A DNA stretch of 63,746 bases, the filler included, from Octopus bimaculoides (Eukaryota): assembly GCF_001194135.2 (NCBI RefSeq). It is 5 parts of 5 records of this genome, joined end to end, with 100 filler letters (N's around TTAATTAATTAA, not from the genome) between each part and the next. Parts side by side here need not be neighbours in the genome. Positions count along the whole stretch, not along the records: positions 1 to 28,372 come from NC_068985.1; positions 28,473 to 35,016 come from NC_068987.1; positions 35,117 to 46,208 come from NC_069005.1; 2 more parts are not named here. One strand, given 5' to 3'. A program made the translations under genes and the position numbers. The notes beneath the pieces are model-generated. The model ran no database searches and was not told where the DNA came from. It worked only from the letters and a program-made list of their open reading frames with translations. Shown here piece by piece: positions 25,974-36,699 of this stretch. Position 1 is the stretch's first letter; the number at the start of each line of letters is the position of its first letter.

Positions 25974-28029
25974 AACTCACTTTCTGCCGCCTAGACTATT
26001 TTCTTTAGCCAATACACGGTGATCGCGTATAAGCTTTAAGATTATAAAATATTATTAATATATATATAGTGAGTGCGCGTGTGTGAAGCAGTATGTAAAC
26101 TAGAAGCCCCTGTCCTCTATAATTACTGGATTTCTTGAGTACATAAGTACACAAACAGCTCTGTGGCTTATCTCTTAGGGATTGGTCAAATTTTGTAGAG
26201 ACCACTGATGAGAGGCCAGTAAGGTTCGAAAATGATTGAGGCTCTCCATAATGCTTATCAATGTATGGAGTTAAATTTGGCTTGTTGATCATTCGATCAC
26301 GTTGGCTTTAATATTTTACATCACACCTTGATACTGCTTGAACTCAGAAGATCGTTGAACATTTATCCTATACCAGACGATGGTACAGATGATGTATTGA
26401 ATTGTTTTTAATGTCCATGCAGTACGTGAGCTCACTCCTTCCATCAAATAGGCATTGCCTGTACGTATGGAATCTGTATGAATACATGTGACGTATGGCA
26501 CCGTATGTCATATGTCAGATGTCGAAGTGATCGCAGAGCAACACGAGGTAAAGTTTTACTGAAGAACACAATTCACAGCACGGACTGGGAATCGACACCA
26601 CGAACTCGTGATCATGAGTGCAATACCTTTACCACTACTACTCACTCTCCTACATACATAAATACATACATACATGCATACGTACAAACATACATACATT
26701 TCATACATACACACATACATACATATATACATGACATACATTACATACATATACGCATACATATATTGCATACATAAACCCACATAAAGTTAATACATGC
26801 ATACCCACATACGCACACATGCATACATACATACATACATACATACATAAATACATAAATACATACATACATACATACATACATAGTCTGAATTAGCTTG
26901 TGTATTCAGAATAAGCAATCAATCGGCAAATTCATACGTTACAAATACAATCTGTAAGTGGAACAGTAAAAATATGCAAGACGTTTTCAAGTTTAGAATG
27001 TGCCATTGTTTTTGTTTTTACATTCCAACGATGGATCTTTGTACCGTTTTTCTAGAGACCAACTCCGTCTTCAAAGAAAGAATTTGAACAGCTAAAAACC
27101 GAATATAACCATACATATTGTGCATGTCGTCTACTATGTAAACACTTTACTTTTCTTTATGGAGAGATAATATTTTGCAGAATGTATATCGACTAAATAT
27201 GTTTCATTATTGATTTATCATGCATTTTATGAACAGTAATATGATGTATTTACACAACGAGAGGTAGTGAATCCTTTACACAGTTTCTTATGAGTAACTT
27301 AACATACACACGAACTCGGTAAACTATATGTATCTTGTCAATTTTTTTTTCCGAAGTATAACTATGACAGCACCAAAAAGTGACATGTAACCTTATTTTG
27401 CAAATAAGGCAATTGGGATCAGAACCCTGTGACAATGAACAGATCATTTTGAACTTCAGTAACACCCTCTATCATTCAGTTTCTCTGAATTTGGTTTGCT
27501 CAGTTACAATGATAACCATCGTTATATATACATACCGACCTCATAAGAATGCAAATATAACAGAGAGCATTACGGTTTTGTCTAACTGTGCATATAGTTT
27601 GCTGATCCTTCAATTGCCTTCATCTCCAGGCAATCACCCGTTGGGAGAAAGAAAAGTTCGATTCCTTATAGAGGACTTCTCTCGGTAATGGACAAGCATG
27701 CCGTTCACTATTTTTCTCATTAATAAAACTGATACGCCACAGTACACACGCACACACATACAAACACACACACGCACACACACAAGCACACACACTCACA
27801 CTCACACAGGCGCACGCACACACACATATTTATATGTTGTATATATGTATATATGCATATACATACACACACACATATATATATATGTATGTACGTATAT
27901 ATACATACACACACACACACATATATATATATATGTATATACACACTTGTATATATATATATAAATTCATATATATATATATATGGTTATATGTATATAT
28001 ATATGTATATATATATGGGAGAATAGACA

Positions 28030-28372
28030 AAAAATAACAACAGACGAGGACAGGTGGTGTAAATAACAAAAGTATATATTAGTATGACGCTCGGGAATAC
28101 GGAAAGTCTTTGACGTTTCGAGCTACGCTCTTCAACAGAAAGAATACGGAGACAAGGAGAAAAACACGGAGAAAAAAAATTGAATAGTGTTCAGTCAACG
28201 GTCAATCATAATAATGGCCGATCATAACAATGACTGACCGGAAGTGAGAAATTCTTATTTCAGGAGAGCTAAGAAAGGGGGAGATAACAAACGGTGATCG
28301 GGAACGAGGGGCTGTGTGTGGGAGGTAGACTGCTGGTGATCTTGACGTATGTAGTGTGAAAATGGGGGAAGG
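28030..28372 (-). mobile_element. Penelope-like element 3' end / pseudo-LTR remnant
   Basis: Contains the hammerhead motif; flanks shared with 17660-17870 and 42350-42471; truncated by an assembly gap. Confidence 0.5.
28107..28143 (-). ncRNA. Minimal type-I hammerhead ribozyme motif (core A6>U) in a Penelope-like terminal repeat
   Basis: Minus strand UCUUU-CUGUUGA-A-GAGC GUA GCUC-GAAACGUC-AAAGA: 5-bp stem I, 4-bp stem II, palindromic ACGU stem III, GUC cleavage triplet. Confidence 0.7.
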
Positions 28373-28472
28373 NNNNNNNNNNNNNNNNNNNNNNNNNNNN
28401 NNNNNNNNNNNNNNNNTTAATTAATTAANNNNNNNNNNNNNNNNNNNNNNNNNNNNNNNNNNNNNNNNNNNN
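28373..28472. other. Artificial 100-bp scaffold spacer: 44 N + TTAATTAATTAA + 44 N
   Basis: Identical layout at 28373-28472, 35017-35116, 46209-46308 and 59204-59303; the 12-mer has stop codons in all six frames. Confidence 0.95.
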
Positions 28473-28512
<40 letters not shown>

Positions 28513-29450
28513 GTACATACACAGACACGCACACACACACACGTATACTCTCACACACGCGTACATATGAGCATATGCGTGCGTGTGTGTGTATGTGTGT
28601 GTGTGAGTGTGTGTGTTTGTGTGTGTGTTTTTAAGTGAGTGTACGTGGGGCAAGGGTGGATAGTTAATACTCTGACAGATATACTCATTTTGAGTAAAGC
28701 TATTTCTATTTATGACGATATTAAGATATAGCCCGACAGCTCCTCCTTCTCCCCAACACTTCACTCCTCCTCTCTGCACTGTCCAATATATCTTATCACC
28801 TCCCCCCCCCCCCNNNNNNNNNNNNNNNNNNNNNNNNNNNNNNNNNNNNNNNNNNNNNNNNNNNNNNNNNNNNNNNNNNCTTCTGCCGCCACAACCGCTA
28901 GCGACACCACCACCACCACCACCACCACCACCAGTATCACCCTGACTGTGTCCTATCCCTGTTCCACTAAACGCTAATTTCCTCAAACTCGACTATCTTT
29001 TAATCAAAGTCAAGCAAAATAAATTGAGAGGTATTAATTACAAATTGGTCTCCCAATCTGTCCGTCTTTAGTGTCTCATTCATTGGTCGTTCAGCCAGTC
29101 TGTCAGCCCGCCTTGTCTATCTTCTGCGATGTTTTTGGCACTTAAACAGCTGTTCCTCTCCGGTTATCTCTCACACGTGACTTATAATTTTTTGGCATAT
29201 TTTTCTTCTTCTTTTTATTTATTTGTCTCAATCATTGGACTGCGGCCATGCTAGAATACCGCCTGAAAGGGATTAGTCGTTCGCATTTATACCAGTACTT
29301 ATTATATAGCAAGGTTCTCATTTTTTTCGCCCCCACCCCTTTTGTTGAACCACTTTGTTCTGGAACATAGAAAAAGCACCGTTTTGAAAGGTGCCTCGGT
29401 GAAGACAGACGCTGAGAGTTCCATACATACGAACACACTCACCCCACCAT

Positions 29451-29901
29451 ATTCTTTTACTCTTTTACTTGTCTCAGTCATTTGACTGTGGCCATGCTGA
29501 AGCACCGCCTTTAGTCGAACAAATCGACCCCAGGACTTATTCTTTGTAAGCCTAGTACTTATTCTATCGGGATCTTTTGCCGAACCGCTACTTTACGGGG
29601 ACGTAAACACACCAGCATCGGTTGTCAAGCGATGTTGGGGGGNNNNNNNNNNNNNNNNNNNNNNNNNNNNNNNNNNNNNNNNNNNNNNNNNNNNNNNNNN
29701 NNNNNNNNNNNNNNNNNNATATATATATATATATATATATACGACGGGCTTCTTCCAGTTTCCGTCTACCAAATCCACTCACAAGGCTTTAGTCGGCCCG
29801 AGGTATAGTAGAAGACACTTGCCCAAGGTGCCACGCAGTGGGACTGAACCCGGGACCACGTGATTGGTAAGCAAGCTACTTACCACACAGCCACTCCTGC
29901 G
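29451..29901 (-). mobile_element. tRNA-derived SINE (family B), full length with gap at its internal microsatellite
   Basis: Head, internal (TA)n plus gap 29643-29718, and tail are collinear with copies at 25130 and 44373. Confidence 0.88.
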
Positions 29902-30026
29902 CATGTTTTTATAATTATATACTTAAAAATTAGTTTTACCGATAATATCATATATATATATATGTATATTATATGTAAGTATGTACGCATACATATATAT
30001 ATACGCATACATCTTTGTATACATGT

Positions 30027-30066
<40 letters not shown>

Positions 30067-30371
30067 TGCATGTATGCACACATGCACACACACACACACA
30101 CACACACGCGCACACACACATCTGAGTATTTATGTATACGGCCATGACGAAGAAATGGTCAATGAAATCACGTTCTAAAGTCTTTGTTGTTGTCGTTGTT
30201 TTGAAATGTTTTTATTTGTATTTTGTTTTGCTCAGTGTCAAACCTGATCGATCAGACATATGTTCAGAGCGTATCCTTCAATAACCACCCAATATTAATT
30301 CCTGGAAAATTGTATTTATATATTACTGTTTTTAGTAGTCGTTATTTATTTTGGTTGTGAAGTATACCACT

Positions 30372-30443
30372 TCCCATGTGGTCTAGTGGTTAGGATTCCG
30401 CGCTCTCACCGCGGCGACCGGGGTTCGATTCCCCGCGTGGTCA
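30372..30443 (+). tRNA. tRNA-Glu (CTC) copy with damaged acceptor stem, probable pseudogene
   Basis: Near-identical to the 34761-34832 gene, but the 3' end reads CGTGGTCA, so pairs 1 and 2 of the acceptor stem are mismatched. Followed by a T run (Pol III terminator-like). Confidence 0.8.
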
Positions 30444-30827
30444 ATTTTTTCATTGTTTTTTTTTCTTTTGTTTTTCGTAATATCTCAAAAACTTCATAAG
30501 GAGCCTTTGTTGTTTAGGTCGCTCTAGATAATCCCTACTTAAAACAGACCTATAATCAAAGTTGTTCCGTTTGTGGCCAACTCTTCATATTTTCACACAC
30601 TGAATCTAAGAAATATTTTATCTAATTTTGTTTCTTCAAACGGCAATCCGTGTTTTGAGGGTGTCTTGACTGCACATTTTAGTATTCCTATTTGTAAGAA
30701 GATAAAGTGTAATTTGAGGTGAGATTTGGCTGTTGCTCTTAGCAGGTCGAGCGACCACATTAATGATAAAGCAATGCAGTAAACTTTACCTTTTTTCTTA
30801 GTGTTTATGCTTCCAAATTTAGTGTCT

Positions 30828-30881
30828 TCTCAGTAGTCTAGTGGTATGATTTCGCAGTGTCTGAGATCGATTCTTGGCTGG
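30828..30881 (+). pseudogene. Short tRNA-like remnant
   Basis: TAGTCTAGTGGTATGATTTCGC resembles a tRNA 5' half, followed by a decayed B-box-like GATCGATTC; internally deleted. Confidence 0.25.
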
Positions 30882-31235
30882 AAAGTGATAATTATTTTCT
30901 GCAATTTTTGATTCTATATTTTACATCCAACAATAGTTGCAGAAATCATATTGATCAATCTTCATGAAACATTCCTTTCTGCAGTTATTCCAACATACTT
31001 TCAGATACATCGTTTTTACGGACCAACTTAGGCAAATTGTTCTTACGTCAATTAAGAATAGTCGGTTGCAATGTGATGGAGATTTGGTTGCCATTTTTAG
31101 TAGATCAACCAAACAGGTAAAAGCTTTCTCATTGCGGAGATTTGGTTGCTGAATTTGTCAATATTCAATCGTTTTGAAGCGAGGAATATACTTTTATATT
31201 GAGTATTGAGTGTGATGGCTCAGCTACTGCTTCTG

Positions 31236-31294
31236 TTACAACAACAACAACAACAACAACTACTACTACTACTACTACTACTATTACTACTACA

Positions 31295-31347
<53 letters not shown>

Positions 31348-31348
31348 C
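31236..31348 (+). repeat. Compound microsatellite (AAC)n(TAC)n
   Basis: Read directly; explains the poly-V and poly-L ORFs. Confidence 0.95.
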
Positions 31349-32224
31349 AACACTCGAGTCAGGTCTTTTATATTGTAATCCCGTAAAAGCTGAATAACTC
31401 GGACAGTGTTACAGAAATTCTGAAGTTACTGGAGGTGTGTCTATCTCATTAGACTTCTTCAGCGAAACATAATGTACTCAGTTGGCAAGAATAATAATAG
31501 TTCTTTCTGCTATAGGCACAAAGCCTGAGGTTTGGGGAAGAGGGCTAGTCGATTATATCAACTCCAGCGTTCAAATGGTTCTTATTTTATCAACCTCGAA
31601 AGGATGAAGGGCAAAGTCGACCTCGGCGGAGTTTGAACTTAGAATGGCGAGGATAATAATAGTGATCATTTTATATAGGAATAGAAGGATTGAAGTGACC
31701 GTGGCTGTAAAAATAAAACTACAGGATATGTTCCGCATGCTTAAATACAATTGCGGTAGCGTCTTGCATATATATGACATTCAATGGATAAATTTCGATT
31801 AACGGATATTATCCATCTAAGGACTTTTTATAATCTAAGAAAATATACAAGTGAGATAATTTAAACAAGATTAGCAAACCAAAATGTTTTGGAACTAAAG
31901 AAAGGTTTGTCTTAATTGAAAAGCTGATGAAAGAAATTCTCTGATTTTGATATTTTATGAAGAAGCAAATGAAATTCAGCCGAGATTTACTCTGTTAAAG
32001 TCGAGCGTTGATACGAGAGCTACCAAAACCTTAAAACACTTTGATGAAACTCCAAGGGTAATTTAGCTTTTCTTGGTACAACCTAGAATTCATCGTTATC
32101 GTGTGACATGGTATTTTATCAGGCTAAATCTAAAATACAGACAAAAAAATTGACTTCGTTGAAAAGTAAACGTTTAAAACGCATTTTAAATGGTTGTCTT
32201 GACAGTTCAACGATATAATTTATT

Positions 32225-32620
32225 GGCAGAATCGTTTCCGCGTTGGATAAAATGCTTAGCGGCATTTCTTCCAACTCTTTAAATCCTGAGTTTAAATTTC
32301 GCCAAGGTCAACTTCGCCTTTCTTCCTTCCGGGGGTCGATAAAATGAGTAGTAGTTGAGCACTGGGGATTGATGTAATCAACAAGTCCCTTCCTCCAAAA
32401 TTGCCGGTCTTGTGCTTATAATAGAAATAATATAATTATAAAGGCGGTGAGCTGGCAGGATCGTTACGATGTCGGACAGAATGCTTAGTACTGTTTCTTC
32501 TCTTTCATGTTTTAAGTTCAAATTCCGCGAAAAGTCAACTTTGCCTTTCATCCTTTCGGGGTCGATGAAATAAGTACCAGTCGAGCACTGGAGGTCAATG
32601 GAGCCGACTTGCCCCCTTTT
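32225..32620 (+). mobile_element. Two head-to-tail family A SINEs
   Basis: Second head AAGGCGGTGAGCTGGCAG at about 32441 directly follows the AT-rich tail of the first. Confidence 0.8.
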
Positions 32621-32702
32621 TATTTAATACTGCATATTTAAAGTTTTTCGACGCGCTAGAAGTTCTGTCACTCCGCTTCTTTTACTGCACTTGACAGTAA
32701 TA

Positions 32703-33552
32703 CGAAGTGTGTTCAAAAAGCATCTGGCTTTATTTTCTCCCACAAAACTAATGACGCGTGGGAAAAATCCTTTGGGTAGGAGGTGATACTACCCTTACTG
32801 CTCATGCATGAACATTTTCGAGACGGTAGGCCGAGAGAACAGACAGGAAGTACGCGCTCGTCGGATTTTTGTTTTCATGCAAGATGACTGAATGCATCAA
32901 GCAGAGATCATAAATCCATGTTTCATCACCAGTGATGATGGTCTTCATGAAGTCTCGGTCGTGGTTTGCATAGTGTAGCATGTTCTGAGCGATTTCCATG
33001 CGGAGTTGCTTCTGCCTCTCTACCTGCACCTTGGGGATGAATTTCGCCGACACTCTCCGCACGCACAGATCCTCCGTTAAAATTGAATGCACTGATCCTG
33101 TGCTTATTCCCATTTCGTGAGCAATTTTCTAGATTGTTACACGACTTGTTTCGGCTTGTAGATGGCTTGCCGGAGCGTTCCTTGCTCGCCACTGAAATGC
33201 GGCCATATTTGAAGCGGTTGTACCACTCCTTGTACTAATTTCTGCCTTTGGCATCACCACCAAAGGCCTGATGAATCTTTTGGATGGTTTGAGCTTGAGT
33301 ATCACCATGCTCTTGACAAAATTTGATGCGATATCATTGCTCGATGCGTTCGGTGAAAGTAAAAATCCGATGAGCGCTCACTACACGCTGTACTCAAAGA
33401 GTAGTAGCCGGGAGCTGGTGCAGTGTACCAGCGCAAAATTTTCCCGCATGTGCTGGAAGGGTGTCATCACCTCCTACCCGAAGAAATTTGCCCATGTGGC
33501 ATTAGTATCGGCGGGAAGAAAATAAAATCGGATACTTTTTGAACGCACCTCG
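32703..33552 (-). mobile_element. Mariner transposon, internally deleted, both TIRs present
   Basis: TA|CGAAGTGTGTTCAAAAAGCATCTGGCTTTATTTT at left and TA|CGAGGTGCGTTCAAAAAGTATCCGATTTTATTTT (revcomp) at right. Minus-strand peptides ERSGKPSTSRN, GISTGSVHSILTEDLCVRRVSAKFIPK and IITGDETWIY (first catalytic D); rest of the catalytic domain missing. Confidence 0.92.
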
Positions 33553-33766
33553 TACAATGAACCTCAGTGGTGTAATGTAAATATAATGCAAATATGATAC
33601 CAATTTACAAGCAAGTAAATAAATAATAAACGTGAACCCTGACCATATCGTGGTTCACCTATCACACACTCAGTGCATCGCGGTTCAACGATCACGCATT
33701 CAATACATCACGGATTTTTCTGGCTAATTTGGAAATTCCGGTTAATTTGGAAATTTTCTGAACAAT

Positions 33767-34615
33767 TTGGAAAGCATGATAGAGACAGTTATAATTGAGG
33801 ACACGGTGCTGAGAGTCAGGGTGGAGGGCAGAATCCCTCGATGCTTTAAATGTTGCATAAAGGGTCACATCAGAGCGGACTGCCCTTCACCGACCAAGGG
33901 AACCCAGGAGGAACCCAGGGAACCAGCGAAAGCGGAGGAGGATTTACGATGAGAAGAAATGAAGGAGAAAGGCGTGACGTGGAAGACAGTGGAAAATAGA
34001 AACAAAAGGAAAAGGCAACCCCTACCCACACTAACCCAACCCACACCTTCTCAGCCCTCCCAGACACTAAACCTACCCTCTCCCTTCCAACACAAAAACA
34101 AAAAAAGAAAACACTAGCACACAAGGACACCCAAACTTCCCCTACCCCTGCTAAAAGAAAAAGTTGCCTTGTGCGCATGATAGATGACTCAAACGGAGAA
34201 CTGGTCAGAGAAACAATGATGTGGAAAGACACAATCTTTGTTAAAACGAATGAGGATAATGTGAAGTGGGTATTAATATGTTTGTTGGTTTCAGAGGAAC
34301 AGAAGGCAAAAATAGAAAGGTTTTAAAATGGATTCACTTGCTGGAGAGTAAAAATTGATAAAGATAGGTCGCTGGATTGTATGGAATATATGGAACTTAT
34401 AAAGAAGTGCAAGATGGATATACAGGAAGGAATGAGGTTTAAAAAAAGAAGAAAGACATAAATGAAGCTACTCGGAGGTGGGGCCGAGTAGCTTCGTTGC
34501 CTTTTTCGTTTTCATTTGTCATTTCATGTTTCTCATACGTTGTCCTATTTTTGTCTTTACTTGTTTTTTGTCCCCACATGTAATGTATTGTCCCCTCTGC
34601 GTGGGTAATAAAAAA
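33767..34615 (+). mobile_element. Decayed gag/ORF1-like retroelement with CCHC zinc knuckle, 3' hairpin and polyA signal
   Basis: CFKCCIKGHIRADC (CX2CX4HX4C); reading continues through a TGA and a frameshift to TAA 34459-34461; stem-loop 34464-34495; AATAAA 34607-34612 running into an A tract. Confidence 0.65.
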
Positions 34616-34760
34616 GATTAGGACGTTGGTGTTACCTTGGTGGAGGTTTGGGCTCCCTGAGTGCTCTCCTTATAATTATTACTGATGCAGTGATCTGGAA
34701 AAATCGTTGGAGGTGACGGATAAAATGTATTATGTCAAATAAATTAAAAGATAAAGCTAA

Positions 34761-34832
34761 TTCCCAAGCGGGGAATCGAACCCCGGCCGCCGCGGTGAGA
34801 GCGCGGAATCCTAACCACTAGACCACTTGGGA
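34761..34832 (-). tRNA. tRNA-Glu (anticodon CTC), intact
   Basis: Reverse complement TCCCAAGTGGTCTAGTGGTTAGGATTCCGCGCTCTCACCGCGGCGGCCGGGGTTCGATTCCCCGCTTGGGAA (72 nt). Acceptor stem TCCCAAG/CTTGGGA fully paired, A and B boxes present, CTC anticodon, TTTT shortly downstream. Confidence 0.93.
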
Positions 34833-35116
34833 GGCCGACGTTCATATACAGAAACACGACAGACATCAATAACTGTAACATTGATTCACCGTGATAGTAC
34901 CCTTATGACTATATGATGTTTTGTATTGGGATTAATGGTTGAGTTACTGCTGAGTTGGGGAGGATATTAACCTCAAAAGGGAGATTTTGACCCGAAAGCT
35001 TGCAAGGAGGTGGACCNNNNNNNNNNNNNNNNNNNNNNNNNNNNNNNNNNNNNNNNNNNNTTAATTAATTAANNNNNNNNNNNNNNNNNNNNNNNNNNNN
35101 NNNNNNNNNNNNNNNN

Positions 35117-35177
<61 letters not shown>

Positions 35178-35842
35178 AGGTGCTGTATTCGTGGTGCACC
35201 TGGAACTGAAAAAAACAATCTACTTTAGTACATTTGTACTTCAGAGATAACATACTTCTCTATATGTGTGTGTGTGCTTTTTGTGTTTGTGCTTGTGTTT
35301 GTACACCCACCAGGACCGCTTGACAACAAGAGAGATGAAAGAAGAAAAGAGATGGCTACATCACCTACAGTATTCCGATGCGGATTCACAATTCAAGAGG
35401 ATGCAAAGTAGTAAATGCGACCGTAACATTTCATTTGTCATACAGGTAAAAAGATCATTAACAAGGTACTGTATCGGTTTGAACTAGGAATCGAAACTGC
35501 TTCGTAGACTTGGTTTATCAAGAAAGCGCATGATAATTTGCGTTGCTCAGAAGCATACATCTGTTACCAGCAAAAACTCCGAGTAGATACTTTTTAAAAT
35601 AAATTGTTAACAAAGAATGTTATCACTGTGTAACATGTGACAATATGTGGAGAGATTTTGACGAGAAAATGTCTTTACTTATGCACAAGCGGACACATAG
35701 AAGCGAGTGTATAAACGCACACACGCATACATACATACATACATACATACATATACATATTTATGTGTGTGTGCGTGTGTATGTGTAGGCGCAGGAGTGG
35801 CTATGTGCTAAGTAGCTAACTTACCAGCCACATGGTTCCGGG

Positions 35843-35889
<47 letters not shown>

Positions 35890-36359
35890 CACATACACTT
35901 ATGTATGTATATGTTTGTGTGACTGTGTTNNNNNNNNNNNNNNNNNNNNNNNNNNNNNNNNNNNNNNNNNNNNNNNNNNNNNNNNNNNNNNNNNNNNNNN
36001 NNNNNNNNNNNNNNNNNNNNNNNNNNNNNNNNNNNNNNNNNNNNNNNNNNNNNNNNNNNNNNNNNNNNNNNNNNNNNNNNNNNNNNNNNNNNNNNNNNNN
36101 NNNNNNNNNNNNNNNNNNNNNNNNNNNNNNNNNNNNNNNNNNNNNNNNNNNNNNNNNNNNNNNNNNNNNNNNNNNNNNNNNNNNNNNNNNNNNNNNNNNN
36201 NNNNNNNNNNNNNNNNNNNNNNNNNNNNNNNNNNNNNNNNNNNNNNNNNNNNNNNNNNNNNNNNNNNNNNNNNNNNNNNNNNNNNNNNNNNNNNNNATAT
36301 GTTACCTGTTATAAATGCAAATGATAAGGTTATGAAAGGTATTGGATTCAACCAAACCC

Positions 36360-36643
36360 AAATATTCATACCAATAACAATTGGAGCACTACGATTTGCT
36401 AGTAAATGCTTAAAGGAGAATCTGGATAAACTGGCATTTTCAGAAAGAGAAATCGACCGGCTGATTCGTAGATTACAAGTGCAATCCGTGAGTGAAAGAG
36501 TAAAAATATAAAAGACTTTTCTCAAGTTCCAAATGTGAATTTGTCTGTGTTAACTACATCCCAAAGATGGAGCTTTGTATCTTTATTGGAAACTGGCTCC
36601 CTCTTCAATGGAAGATTTACAATAATTTTAAAAAATAGAAGAT
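36360..36643 (+). mobile_element. R4/Dong-like LINE C-terminus plus 3' UTR ending at (AC)n
   Basis: FIPITIGALRFASKCLKENLDKLAFSEREIDRLIRRLQVQSVSERVKI*KTFLKF, a typical RLE-LINE terminal helix region. Confidence 0.65.
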
Positions 36644-36699
36644 ACACACACACACACACACATACGTACATGCTTATGTGCGTACAAACGTGCATACAT

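Noticed and set aside
35061-35072. Palindromic TTAATTAATTAA islands between gaps (also 28417, 46253, 59248)
   Set aside because: Always 44 N + 12 bp + 44 N = 100 bp; an artificial six-frame-stop scaffold linker, not biology.
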